From an uncultured bacterium (GTDB lineage Bacteria > Eisenbacteria > RBG-16-71-46 > CAIMUX01): DNA of 64,000 nt. Shown one piece after another: positions 1 to 9,649 of this stretch. The translations under genes were made by a program, and so were the position numbers. Each line of letters begins with the position of its first letter. The first letter of the stretch is position 1. The notes under the pieces were generated by a model. It did not search any database. It was not told the origin of the DNA and worked only from the letters and a program-made list of their open reading frames with translations. The stretch is taken from the NCBI GenBank assembly GCA_964371055.1, contig CAYJLF010000004.1, forward strand, positions 74,389-138,388, written 5' to 3'.

Positions 1-285
1 TTGCGCTCGCTGTAAGCCGTGTCCGCGGGGCCGGTCGCGAGACGATCCAACGTGGTCGGCGCCGACGGCACGAACGTTGTGTCTCCACGACCGAAGGCGT
101 GACAGGCAGTACGGATCGCATCAGGTCGCCTTCGAGACAGGGGACGACGTCTGGGACGCACGTGAGTCGTCTTAGGGTTCGCGGGCCACTTAGGTTGAGG
201 GAGTTCCGTCGGTCAACCTTAAGCACGGCGCCCCGGACAGTCCCCTCAGCGTGGCCGGTCGCTACCGGCTGATCCAGGCCCCCGG

Positions 286-1170
286 CTACGTGCCCTTGGG
301 GCCTGGACTCGTTTCCGCCAGTTCGCGGAGACGGAACCTGGATGAGGCGGCAAACCAGGAGTCCGGGGCGTCCCGGGCCAACTGCTCGAAGATCCGGCGC
401 GCCTCCTTCGCTTTACCCTCTCCCAGCCGGGCCAGCCCGAGGATGTACCGGGCCTCGACGGATCTCGGGTGTTCCCGGAAGTCGCGCAACCAGCGCTCCA
501 GCTCCTGGCGGGCCCGTCCGGCCTCCTGTCCGCTCCTGACTTGCGCGGCCGCCCGGTCCAGGCGAGCGTCGGCCGCGAGCTCGGAGGGAAGGGATTTCGC
601 CTGCAGCAGGGTGTCGAGTTGGGCGACCGCCTCGGTGTCCCGACGGTTGCGGGCGAGGACCGTTGCGTACTCGAACCGCAAGCGGTGGTCGGCCGGGGCG
701 CTCGCGATCTGCTCCCCCATCCCCCGGAGTTCGGACTCCCCCGCCAGCACCTCTTCGAGGATCGGGACGAAGGCATCGGGTCCGGAATAGCCACGGACCC
801 GGTGCCGCAACGAGCCATCGGGGTTCAAAAAGAGGATGGTCGGATACGACCGGACTCCGAAACGGGCCGCGATCTCCACCTCCACCTCGGCATTGACCTT
901 GACGTTCACCATGCGATCCGTCAGGGCCACGACGCGCCCGTCCCGATACGTCTTCTGATCCAGGACCCGGCACCAGTGGCACCAGGTCGTGAAGAGATCG
1001 ACCATGATGTACTTCTGTTCGGTCCGGGCTTCTTCCAGCGCGTGCGTGTACGATCCGGTCCAGCGGATGCCGGGAGGTTCCGCCGCCGGGACGTTGCCTG
1101 CCGCCAGCACGGCGGCCAGGAGGAGGGCAGGGGGAACGAGACGCCCGCGAAGGGGACCCGGTCGGATCAA
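286..1170 (-). CDS. Exported thioredoxin-fold protein with C-terminal TPR-like repeats
   Basis: Signal-like N-terminus, FTTWCHWC CxxC motif, FGVRSYPT cis-Pro loop, helical repeats. Inferred TTG start overlaps the trxA stop (TTGA). Confidence 0.8.
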   Translation of the reverse strand: MIRPGPLRGRLVPPALLLAAVLAAGNVPAAEPPGIRWTGSYTHALEEARTEQKYIMVDLFTTWCHWCRVLDQKTYRDGRVVALTDRMVNVKVNAEVEVEIAARFGVRSYPTILFLNPDGSLRHRVRGYSGPDAFVPILEEVLAGESELRGMGEQIASAPADHRLRFEYATVLARNRRDTEAVAQLDTLLQAKSLPSELAADARLDRAAAQVRSGQEAGRARQELERWLRDFREHPRSVEARYILGLARLGEGKAKEARRIFEQLARDAPDSWFAASSRFRLRELAETSPGPKGT

Positions 1171-1505
1171 GGGCGCACTCCGACGGCCTTCTCGATCTCC
1201 TGCAGCAGAGCATCCTTGCTCTGCGGCCGTCCGATGATCTGACCACGGGGCTCTCCCCCGCTGAACAGGATCAGGGTCGGGATGCTCTGAATCCCGAACT
1301 GCCTGGTCACGACCGGATTCGAGTCCACGTCCAGCTTCAGGACTTTGAGTTTGCCCGCCAGCTCCGCAGAGACCTGGTCCAGGGTGGGGGCCAGCGCGCG
1401 ACAGGGCCCGCACCAGTCGGCCCAGAAGTCGACCAGAACCGGCAGGTCGCTGCGGAGCACGTCCGCGTCGAAGGTGTGATCGGTGGTGGCGGCGGCGTGC
1501 GACAT
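1167..1505 (-). CDS. trxA: Thioredoxin
   Basis: VDFWADWCGPC motif, FGIQSIPTL, 112 aa, GGAGGA RBS. Confidence 0.95.
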   Translation of the reverse strand: MSHAAATTDHTFDADVLRSDLPVLVDFWADWCGPCRALAPTLDQVSAELAGKLKVLKLDVDSNPVVTRQFGIQSIPTLILFSGGEPRGQIIGRPQSKDALLQEIEKAVGVRP

Positions 1506-1514
1506 GAGTCCTCC

Positions 1515-2483
1515 TCAACGGTCGGGACGAACGGCGCCGGCGCGGGATCCCGCCATGCCGGACGCGACCAGGAGCATCTCGAGCGCGACGGCGTCCTGCC
1601 GTCCGGGGATCAACCCGCTCTTGATGCCGAACTCCAGATCATAGGATGCGAGCAGTAGGCTTCGCAGTTGGGACGATCCCGGTCCGGCCGCCAGACCATC
1701 CCGGGCGGTCTTCTGCAGCAGCCACTGCAGGCGCAGCACCGCCTCGGTCGCCTGGATCGCTCCCCACTGGCGGAGAGCGTCGGCCGTTCGTCCCTCGGAC
1801 GCGGCGCGGCAGAGCTCCCACCCCGAACCGAGCTCGCCCCGGTGAACCAGCGCCGCCAGGGTCGCGGCCGTGACTTCCTCCCCCGGGCCGACCGCCGCCT
1901 CCAGCTTGTCGAGCTCGCGGGAGAGCTCCTGCAGGTTCGGCCCGATGCGGGCGAGGAGAAGGCGTCCGGCATCCGCCAGAAGCGCGATGCGTCGCCGCCC
2001 CGCTTCGGTCATAAGCCAGCGCAGCGCGTCGGCCGGCCGCGGGTGGTCCACCACCACGACCTGGCAGGCGGACAGCAACGCGCGGGTGAACTCGTTCTTC
2101 CGTTCCAGCTCCCCCGGATTCAGTCCGGTCAGAGCGACAAAGGTCGACCCCGGAGTTCCACCGCAGAGCCGATCGAGGAGTTCTTTGCGGTCGGCGGCGC
2201 CGGCCCGGCCGCAGCGCTCGGGGTCGTGCAGGGTGATCAGCCGCTCGCTGGTGAAGAGGCCGACGCTGGCGAGCGACCTCGCGACTTCGGCCAGCGAACA
2301 CTCGCCGCCGTAGAAGCGATCCTGGCCCAGGCGAGCCCCGTCTCCCGTCCCCAGCACCGCCTCGCGGATGCGCGCGAGCGCGGCGTCCCGCAGCAGCGAC
2401 TCCGGTCCCGCCAGCAGGTAGGCTCCGGCCGCCTTGCCATCAAAGCGCCGGGCCCAGTCGGCGTATCTCAGCGGCGCTTTCAT
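1515..2483 (-). CDS. holA: DNA polymerase III delta subunit
   Basis: YLLAGPE, SVGLF..ERL, LSRELDKL, DLEFGIKSG motifs; follows lptE as is usual. Confidence 0.85.
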   Translation of the reverse strand: MKAPLRYADWARRFDGKAAGAYLLAGPESLLRDAALARIREAVLGTGDGARLGQDRFYGGECSLAEVARSLASVGLFTSERLITLHDPERCGRAGAADRKELLDRLCGGTPGSTFVALTGLNPGELERKNEFTRALLSACQVVVVDHPRPADALRWLMTEAGRRRIALLADAGRLLLARIGPNLQELSRELDKLEAAVGPGEEVTAATLAALVHRGELGSGWELCRAASEGRTADALRQWGAIQATEAVLRLQWLLQKTARDGLAAGPGSSQLRSLLLASYDLEFGIKSGLIPGRQDAVALEMLLVASGMAGSRAGAVRPDR

Positions 2484-2520
2484 CGATCAATCCATCCTTG
2501 CGCCGGGACGCGGCCGGCCC

Positions 2521-3084
2521 CTACCACTGCTCCAGCGTGCGGGTGACGATCTCCCCCGCCAGCGTCCGCAACGCATCTTCGCGCGCGGCCGCTTCCGTCG
2601 TCAGGAGGATCGACTCACTCGTCGGGGCCCAGACCGAGCTGCGGGTGAGCTGATCGTCTTTCCAGAGTTCGCGATTCTTGACCTGGTCTTTCATCTCGAC
2701 CGCGAGGGCGATGACCACGACATAGTCCCGGGGCGACTGGTCGGGGCCGTAGTTGTTCACCCGGTTCTCGTAGCGCACGATCCGTCCGCTCAGAAGGGCA
2801 TCCGCGCGCGACTCCGGCGCCAGCTTGAGGCGTCCGTCTTTCACGAACCGGTCCAGGACCGCCGTGGTGGCCTCCTGGTCCAGAGCGGGCTCGAGCGTCT
2901 CGTTGGCGAAGTTCGGGATGGCGACCGTCTTGATGTGGGAGGGAAGGTTGCTGCCGCTGAAGGAGTATGCGCAGCCGAAGAGCAGAATCGCCGGGAGGAC
3001 CACCCTCGCGCGGCGCCAGCCGACGCCGAGCGTATTTCCCGAGACGCGTCGCGTCCCGCACCGGTTCCGGCCTGTTCTTCTCAA
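2521..3084 (-). CDS. lptE: LptE family LPS assembly lipoprotein (start may be further in)
   Basis: Lipobox LFGC-AYSF, LPSHIKTVAIPNFANET; lptE-holA synteny. Confidence 0.8.
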   Translation of the reverse strand: MRRTGRNRCGTRRVSGNTLGVGWRRARVVLPAILLFGCAYSFSGSNLPSHIKTVAIPNFANETLEPALDQEATTAVLDRFVKDGRLKLAPESRADALLSGRIVRYENRVNNYGPDQSPRDYVVVIALAVEMKDQVKNRELWKDDQLTRSSVWAPTSESILLTTEAAAREDALRTLAGEIVTRTLEQW

Positions 3085-3164
3085 TCCGCCTCCCCTCTGC
3101 TCGACGGAGTATAGGAGGCGCTCGGGGCGCGGGCAACCGCCGGTCGTCGCCGCGCGGAAACGGC

Positions 3165-4583
3165 CTACCCGATGGTGTGGGCCTCGTGCAGGTCGTGGTG
3201 CTTCATCCGGTAGCGGAGCTTGTCGCGCTTGATCTGGAGGATTTCCGCCGCGCGGCTCTGGTTCCAGCCGGCCGCCTCGACCGCTCGCAGGAGGAGACCC
3301 TTCTCCACGCGATCGAGCAGCTCCTCGAACGGGATGCCCGATTCGTCGACCGCTCCTTCCACCAGGACCCGCTGCAGGAGCTCCAGGAGTCCCTCGGCGC
3401 GCGTCGCGCCCTGGACCCGCCCCAGGTGGAGCTGGTCCCCCTCGATCGCGTCGCCGTCTTCGAGCAGGACCGTGCGTTCGATCACGTTGCGCAGCTCCCG
3501 GATGTTCCCCGGCCAGGAGTACTCGACCAGTCTCCCCTCCGCTTCCGGAGTGAGACGCTGGAACCGCTTGCTGAACGTCTGCGCGTAGTGCGCCACGTAG
3601 TGCCCGGCGATGACCGGGATGTCCTCGCGACGGTCGCGCAGGGCCGGCATGTGGATCGGAACCACCATCAGACGGTAGAAGAGGTCCTCCCGGAACCGCC
3701 CCTGTCGGACCGCCAGGCCCAGGTCCTGGTTGGTCGCGCTGATCACGCGCACCCCGACCCGGATGTCGCGCGTCCCGCCGACCCGGCGAAAGGTCATGCT
3801 CTCGAGCACCTTCAGCATCTTGACCTGCAAGTTCACCGGCATCTCGCCGACCTCGTCGAGAAAGAGCGTGCCGCCGTCCGCCAGCTCCAGCAGGCCGAGC
3901 TTCTGCGTGCGCGCGTCGGTGAACGCGCCCCGCTCATGGCCGAAGAGCTCTGACTCGAGCAGCTCCGGGGGAATCGCGGCGCAGTTGATTTCGAGAAAGG
4001 GACGGGCCGACCGGGGAGACTCGGCGTGAATCAGGTTCGCGATGATCTGCTTGCCGGTGCCGCTCTCTCCGGTGATGAGGACGCTGGTGCCGTCGCTGCG
4101 CGCCACCTTTTCGGCCACGTCGTAGACCCGCAGGATCGCCGGCGACGTCCCGCGCACGAAGGCGCGGGTGAAGCGATCCCGCTCGACCCGGCGATGGTGC
4201 TCGAGTTCCCGGCGGATCGAGGCCGACTCGAGCGCCTTGTGACAAATGACCCGGAGCTGCTCCAGGTTCACCGGCTTGGTCAGGTAGTCGCAGGCTCCCT
4301 GCTTCATCGCCTGCACCGCCGTCTCGACTTCCGCAAACGCGGTCATAAGCACGACCGGGAGATCGGGCACGCGTTCCTTGAACCGCGCCAGCAGCTGGAT
4401 GCCGGTCGTATCCGGCAGGCGCAGGTCGAGGATCGCCAGGTCCGGCGCATGCTCATCGAACAGAGCGGTCGCGCGCGCGCCGTCCCCCGCCGTGCTCACT
4501 TCGTAGCCGTCGGCGGTGAGGCTCTTGTCGAGAAAGTGCCGGATCGACTCCTGGTCATCGACGATCAGAATGGACGCTGGCAT
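3165..4583 (-). CDS. Sigma54-dependent response regulator (REC-AAA+-Fis HTH)
   Basis: ILIVDD and LDLRLP receiver, GESGTGK, GAFTDA, FLDEVGE, C-terminal HTH. Confidence 0.95.
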   Translation of the reverse strand: MPASILIVDDQESIRHFLDKSLTADGYEVSTAGDGARATALFDEHAPDLAILDLRLPDTTGIQLLARFKERVPDLPVVLMTAFAEVETAVQAMKQGACDYLTKPVNLEQLRVICHKALESASIRRELEHHRRVERDRFTRAFVRGTSPAILRVYDVAEKVARSDGTSVLITGESGTGKQIIANLIHAESPRSARPFLEINCAAIPPELLESELFGHERGAFTDARTQKLGLLELADGGTLFLDEVGEMPVNLQVKMLKVLESMTFRRVGGTRDIRVGVRVISATNQDLGLAVRQGRFREDLFYRLMVVPIHMPALRDRREDIPVIAGHYVAHYAQTFSKRFQRLTPEAEGRLVEYSWPGNIRELRNVIERTVLLEDGDAIEGDQLHLGRVQGATRAEGLLELLQRVLVEGAVDESGIPFEELLDRVEKGLLLRAVEAAGWNQSRAAEILQIKRDKLRYRMKHHDLHEAHTIG

Positions 4584-6354
4584 CAGACCTCTCGGTTTCC
4601 GCGCCGGCCGGAGGGAACTCCGCGGTGGCGGTGGTCCCTTCCCCGGGAGCGCTCGTGAGGAGCAGCTTCCCCTGGTGCTGTTCCACCAGGGCGTGACAGA
4701 GGGCGAGACCGAGACCGCTCCCGCCGTTCTTGGTCGTGAAGAATGGCTCGAAGGCGCGGGCCTCTTGCTCCGCGCTCAGTCCCGGTCCCTGGTCCCGCAC
4801 ATGGAAGACGACGCCGTCGGTCTCCCCGGCGACCGTGGCGGCGGATCCGGGCTCCCACCAGAAATCGACCCGCCCCCCCTCGGCCGAAGCCTCCAGGGCG
4901 TTCTTCGCCAGATTGATCAGGACCTGCGCGGCCCGGTCCGGATCGGCCCAGACCATGAGCGTTTCCGGCCCCGAGGTCCGCCAGGCGATCCTCTTCGCTT
5001 CGACGAGTGGTCCCAGGGCGAGGGTCACCCGCGCCGACAGCTCGCGGCAGGCCACCGGGCTCGGGCTGAGCGGCCGCGGACGCGTGTAGTCGAGGAGATC
5101 GGTCACGATCCGGTCGAGGCGCGCGATCTCGGACCGCAGGATGCGCAGATCCTCACGATCGGCCGGGCCGTCGCCCAGTCGTCCGGAGAGGAATTCGACC
5201 CCCGCCCCGATGCCGGCGAGTGGGTTGCGGATCTCGTGGGCCACGCCGGCGGCGAAACGGCCGATCGCGGCCAGGCGATCGAGGCGACGGATCTCATCCT
5301 CCATCGAACGGATTCCACTGAGGTCCGTGAGGTTCACCACCAGCCCCTGGGTACTCCCCGCTTCGTCCCGAAGTCCCGAGACCGCGGCCCGCACCGGCGC
5401 CGGAGCGTCGCGGGGCCCGAGGGCGAACTCCCGCGGAGGCGGTTCCTCGCCCCGGGCCAGCGCGGCGCGCACGTGCTGGAGGAGAGCGGGGGCGGACCCC
5501 TGGAGGTCGTCGGTGCTCACCGGACCGTTTCGAGCTGCGTCGAGCCCGAGCAGACGGGCCGCGGCCGCGTTGCTGGCCAGGACTTCCCCGGCGCGATCGA
5601 AGGCGATCAGCCCGTCTTCCATCGCCTCGAGCAGTTGCCGCCGCAGCGAGGCCGCCGCTTCCATCTCCTCTCGATGCCAGAGAATCTCGAGGATGGACTC
5701 GACGGTGCGAGCCATTTCGATCGGTTTCCACTCCCGCTCGGCGACATCGGCCGTGGATGGCGTGAGCGCGAGCACACCGATCGGACCTTCGTCATCCGCG
5801 CCGTGCGGGCGCACTCCGATGTCCGCGCCCTCTTCCACCCCACGCCCGTCGAGCGGGAGGACGCTCTGGTAGCGACGCGGGTCCTCGCGCGGCAGCGTGG
5901 CGGCGTCGTCTCCCCCGGGGGCAGCGCGGAGGAGTGGTTCGGCCCACTCGGCCCGCCAGGGGAAACGATCCAGGCGCAGCGGTGCCACCTGCCCGCGCGC
6001 ATGGTGGAAACCGACCCAGGAACCAGACCGCGGCAGGCGCCGCAACAGCAGGATCTCTTCCAGACCGAAGACCTGCCGGAGGTAGCGGACCAGCATTTCG
6101 AGGACGTGCGCGGCGTCGCGCACGCGGAGGAGCGACTCGGTGAACTCCTGCAGCCCGGCGAACCGGATCTGGTCCCGGATGCGCGCGCGGCGCAGCGATT
6201 CGAGGGCGTCGGCCAGGCGAACGATGACCTCCGGCGCCGTCTCAGGGCCGGGAATCGGGAGTCCGGTCAGGGACGGCAGAACAGCCCTGAGCTCCTCCAT
6301 GCGCTCCGCGGCGGCGGACCATCGCCCTCGCCCGGAGACCGTGCGTGCCGGCAT
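4555..6354 (-). CDS. Soluble sensor histidine kinase (GAF-like, PAS, HisKA, HATPase)
   Basis: AHEIRNPL H-box, NLAKNA, DQGPG, PFFTTK, GSGLGL; no obvious TM segment. Confidence 0.92.
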   Translation of the reverse strand: MPARTVSGRGRWSAAAERMEELRAVLPSLTGLPIPGPETAPEVIVRLADALESLRRARIRDQIRFAGLQEFTESLLRVRDAAHVLEMLVRYLRQVFGLEEILLLRRLPRSGSWVGFHHARGQVAPLRLDRFPWRAEWAEPLLRAAPGGDDAATLPREDPRRYQSVLPLDGRGVEEGADIGVRPHGADDEGPIGVLALTPSTADVAEREWKPIEMARTVESILEILWHREEMEAAASLRRQLLEAMEDGLIAFDRAGEVLASNAAAARLLGLDAARNGPVSTDDLQGSAPALLQHVRAALARGEEPPPREFALGPRDAPAPVRAAVSGLRDEAGSTQGLVVNLTDLSGIRSMEDEIRRLDRLAAIGRFAAGVAHEIRNPLAGIGAGVEFLSGRLGDGPADREDLRILRSEIARLDRIVTDLLDYTRPRPLSPSPVACRELSARVTLALGPLVEAKRIAWRTSGPETLMVWADPDRAAQVLINLAKNALEASAEGGRVDFWWEPGSAATVAGETDGVVFHVRDQGPGLSAEQEARAFEPFFTTKNGGSGLGLALCHALVEQHQGKLLLTSAPGEGTTATAEFPPAGAETERSDASVHSDRR

Positions 6355-6454
6355 CCCGCTCCCCCCTGGGGCCCCCTCTGGGGCATTTCACCCACTCCTC
6401 GTTTTCGTTGCCCGGGGGGGATGGCTTGAGGCAAAACGGGGAAGGCGAAAGGGA

Positions 6455-7519
6455 TCAGGCGGGTCCCACGTGGGCGAAGAGCGAGGGGTGTTCCCGCACC
6501 CAGGCGATGATCCGGTCGACGCCATCGGCGGGAGAGATCTCGGGCTTCCAGCCCAGCTCCCGGCCCGCCTTCCGAATGTCGCTGACGTAGACCTTCTGAT
6601 CGCTGGGGCGCCAGGGGCCCGTCCCCGCGACCACGGGTCGTCCCAGCGCAGTCTCGAGGCGGGTGAGCAGCTGGCGCAGCGACAGGGTGAACTCCGGTCC
6701 CCCGCCGAGGTTGTAGACCCCGACCCGAGGGCCGCGCTCGAGGAAGGCCTCGTAGGCGCGCACGAGGTCCCCGACCCAGAGCACGTCGCGGACCTGCTTG
6801 CCGTCGCCGAAAACGGTGAGCGGCGCGCCGCGGAGGGCCGCGATGACGAACCACGCCACCCAACCCTGGTCCTCGAGCCCGAACTGGTGCGTGCCGTAGA
6901 TGCAGGACATCCGGAAGACACCGGTCTGGAGGCCATAGAGGTGTCCGTAGTCCTGAACGTAGAGATCTCCCGTCAGCTTGGAGCAGCCGTACGGCGTGTG
7001 CTCGCACAGGTCGAGCCCGAACTGTTCCGGCACCCCGTGGGCGTGCGAGGGACCAAACGCGTACGCGTCTTCTCCTTCGACGATCGGGATCAGGTTGACG
7101 TTGTCCCCGTAGACCTTGTTCGTGGAGCAGTAGAGCACCGAGGCGCGGCGCCCGGTGCGCCGGACCGCCTCGAGGACCCGAAAGGTGCCCACGGCGTTGG
7201 TCTCGAAGTCGGTCGCCGGATCGGTGGTGGAGACCGTCACGGCCGTCTGCGCGGCGCAGTGCAGGATAGCCTCGACCCCGTCCACCGCCGCCTCCACGTC
7301 TGCCGCCACGCGCACATCCCCCTCGTGCCGCTCGATCGCCGGGACGGCGCCAAGCCGCTCCCAGTTGTGCCGGGCGTTGGGATCGGCGCGATGCAGCAGA
7401 CGGCCGCGGGACAGGTTGTCGAGGATGCGCACCTGCCATCCCCGCTCGGCGAAGTGGAGAGCCGCGTGCGAGCCGATGAACCCGGCGCCGCCGGTGATCA
7501 GGATGCGTGGCATGGACAA
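6455..7519 (-). CDS. NAD-dependent epimerase, CDP-paratose 2-epimerase-like
   Basis: ITGGAGFIGS, STNKVYG, TPYGCSK, FRMSCIYG, EDQGWVAWF. Confidence 0.9.
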   Translation of the reverse strand: MSMPRILITGGAGFIGSHAALHFAERGWQVRILDNLSRGRLLHRADPNARHNWERLGAVPAIERHEGDVRVAADVEAAVDGVEAILHCAAQTAVTVSTTDPATDFETNAVGTFRVLEAVRRTGRRASVLYCSTNKVYGDNVNLIPIVEGEDAYAFGPSHAHGVPEQFGLDLCEHTPYGCSKLTGDLYVQDYGHLYGLQTGVFRMSCIYGTHQFGLEDQGWVAWFVIAALRGAPLTVFGDGKQVRDVLWVGDLVRAYEAFLERGPRVGVYNLGGGPEFTLSLRQLLTRLETALGRPVVAGTGPWRPSDQKVYVSDIRKAGRELGWKPEISPADGVDRIIAWVREHPSLFAHVGPA

Positions 7520-7693
7520 CTCCTTCTCGATCCCGCACCTCGCGGAACCGCGCCGAAACAGGACGGACGCATGGCAAACCCTTCCGGTGGAGCGCCGGCG
7601 GAGCCGGGCAGAGCCGACCTTTCAGACTTCAGAAAGTACTTCAAATACAGCTCGTTACACATTGTCTGGTAAGATTTTATGATGTCTGCCAAT

Positions 7694-8806
7694 TTATGTC
7701 ATGCTCCATTGGCGGATCGTCTCGATGACGTGTTCCTGTTGTGCCTCGGTCATTTCGGGATAGACAGGGAGCGAGAGGCTTTCCTTCGCGGCCCGTTCCG
7801 AGACGGGGAGGGATCCGGCCGGAACCCCGAGCGGGGCGAAGCAGGGCTGCAGGTGCAGTGGAATCGGGTAGTAGATCGCCGTTCCGATGCCGCTGTCGCG
7901 CAGCTGGGCCTGGAGGGCGTCCCGGCGTCCTTCCGGCACCCGGATGGTGTACTGGTTCCAGACGTGGCGACCGAGTCCAAGATCGACCGGCAGGACGACT
8001 CCGTCGAGTCCGGCCAGTCCTTCCTGGTAGCGCCGGGCATGTGCGGCGCGTGCGTCCGACCAGCGGTCCAGGTGCTCCAGTTTCACGCCGAGGACCGCAG
8101 CCTGGAGAGAGTCGAGGCGGGAGTTGAACCCGATCCTTTCGTGCAGGTAGGTCTGCCGTGCGCCGTGTACCCGGAGCATCCGCACCCTCTCCCCGAGATC
8201 GTCGCGACGACTCGTCACGAGACCGCCGTCCCCCGCTCCGCCGAGGTTCTTCGAGGGGTAGAAGGAGAAGCAGCCCAAATCGCCGATCCCGCCGACCGGC
8301 GTGTCTCCCCAGGTCGCCCCGATCGCCTGGGCGGCGTCCTCCACCACCGGGATTCCCCGCCGGCCGCAAAGGTCGAGGATGGGAGCCATGTCCGCGGTCT
8401 GTCCGAAGAGATGGACCGGCATGACCGCGCGGGTCCGCGGAGTCAGAGCCGCCTCCAAGAGAGTCGGGTCGAGGTTGAAGCTCCGCTCCTCGATGTCGAC
8501 GAAGACGGGCCGCGCCCCGGCGTTCGAGACGGCGCCGGCCGTCGCGAAGAAGCTGTAGGTCGGAACGACGACCTCGTCGCCCGGGCCGATCTCCAGGGCC
8601 CGGAGGGCCACCAGGATGGCGTCGGTTCCCGAGGCGACACCGATGGAGTGCGGAACCTGGAGATAGTGCGCCAGTCGGTCCTCGAGGTCCCGGACGGCCG
8701 GCCCGAGAATCCACTGTCCGCCCAGAAGCACCCGCTCGACCGCCGCGAGCAGAGGCTCGCGGATCGACTCGGTCTGCGCCCTGACGTCGAGAAGCGGAAC
8801 CTTCAT
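7694..8806 (-). CDS. DegT/DnrJ/EryC1/StrS aminotransferase (WbpE-like)
   Basis: SGTDA, PVHLFGQ, EDAAQA, SFYPSKNLG; start MKVPLLD. Confidence 0.95.
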   Translation of the reverse strand: MKVPLLDVRAQTESIREPLLAAVERVLLGGQWILGPAVRDLEDRLAHYLQVPHSIGVASGTDAILVALRALEIGPGDEVVVPTYSFFATAGAVSNAGARPVFVDIEERSFNLDPTLLEAALTPRTRAVMPVHLFGQTADMAPILDLCGRRGIPVVEDAAQAIGATWGDTPVGGIGDLGCFSFYPSKNLGGAGDGGLVTSRRDDLGERVRMLRVHGARQTYLHERIGFNSRLDSLQAAVLGVKLEHLDRWSDARAAHARRYQEGLAGLDGVVLPVDLGLGRHVWNQYTIRVPEGRRDALQAQLRDSGIGTAIYYPIPLHLQPCFAPLGVPAGSLPVSERAAKESLSLPVYPEMTEAQQEHVIETIRQWSMT

Positions 8807-8838
8807 TTCGGCCAAAACCTCCTCCTTTCGCTCATGGG

Positions 8839-9597
8839 TTACTCCGGCCAGCCCTGGTTCTCCAGGAGTTGCTCCGCCGGCACCTCGCGCAGCACGCGGG
8901 CCGGACTGCCCAGAAGCACCATCCTCGGTGGAGCGTCCTTCGTCAGCACCGCGCCGGCCGCGACCAGCGCATCCGCACCGACGGTCAGCCCCGGCAGGAT
9001 CACGGCGCCGGCGCCGATCCGCCCGCCCCGTCTCACGGTGACTCCCTTGAAGTGCTGGAACCGCTCCTCGGTGCGTCCGATGAAGCGGTCGTTGGTCGTG
9101 GTCACCTGGGGCGCGATGAAGACCCGGTCTTCCAGCACGGAATAGGCAGTGATGTAGGCCTCGGTCTCCAGTTTGCAGTAGCGTCCGACCTGGCAGTCGT
9201 TCTCGATCACGACGCCGCGTCCCACGATGGTGAACGCGCCCACCGTCACCCGCTCCCGGACGCTCGCCTGGTCGGCCACCAGGACGTTGGCGCCGAGCGA
9301 CGCACCCCGGTAGATCGTCGCCCCGGTCCCCACCAGTGAGCCTGCTCCAATCTGCGCCGGCGGCAGGTCCTGGGAAGGCTTGAGGATGCTGTTGACGGCC
9401 CGCAATGGCCATTTGCCGATGGAGACGAAGTCGTCCAGGCGCACTTCGGCACCCACGACGGTCCCCGCGCGCAGGACGACATGGTGGCCGATCCGGCAGT
9501 CGCGTCCGATCGAGACACCCTCCTCGATCACGACGCCGAAGCCGAGTTGTGTGCCTTCACCGACCTCGGCGGATGTGGCGATCCAGCGGTCGCTCAT
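8839..9597 (-). CDS. Hexapeptide-repeat sugar N-acetyltransferase (WbpD-like)
   Basis: Left-handed beta-helix repeats, VFIAP..TTND, GSPARVLR. Confidence 0.9.
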   Translation of the reverse strand: MSDRWIATSAEVGEGTQLGFGVVIEEGVSIGRDCRIGHHVVLRAGTVVGAEVRLDDFVSIGKWPLRAVNSILKPSQDLPPAQIGAGSLVGTGATIYRGASLGANVLVADQASVRERVTVGAFTIVGRGVVIENDCQVGRYCKLETEAYITAYSVLEDRVFIAPQVTTTNDRFIGRTEERFQHFKGVTVRRGGRIGAGAVILPGLTVGADALVAAGAVLTKDAPPRMVLLGSPARVLREVPAEQLLENQGWPE

Positions 9598-9649
9598 GCT
9601 GCTCCTTCCCGGCTGATCCCGCCTCGACCTCGCTTGCAGGCCCCGTCCA

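Noticed and set aside
1-245. Possible 6S or other ncRNA, or a partial minus-strand ORF from ATG at 121
   Set aside because: Only a short GCCGTG/CACGGC pairing and no recognisable motifs; cannot be supported without flanking sequence.
4516-6429. Long plus-strand ORFs (also 26837..29071, 53571..55487, 60994..62895 and others)
   Set aside because: Antisense shadows of well-supported minus-strand genes, expected in high-GC DNA; no motifs.
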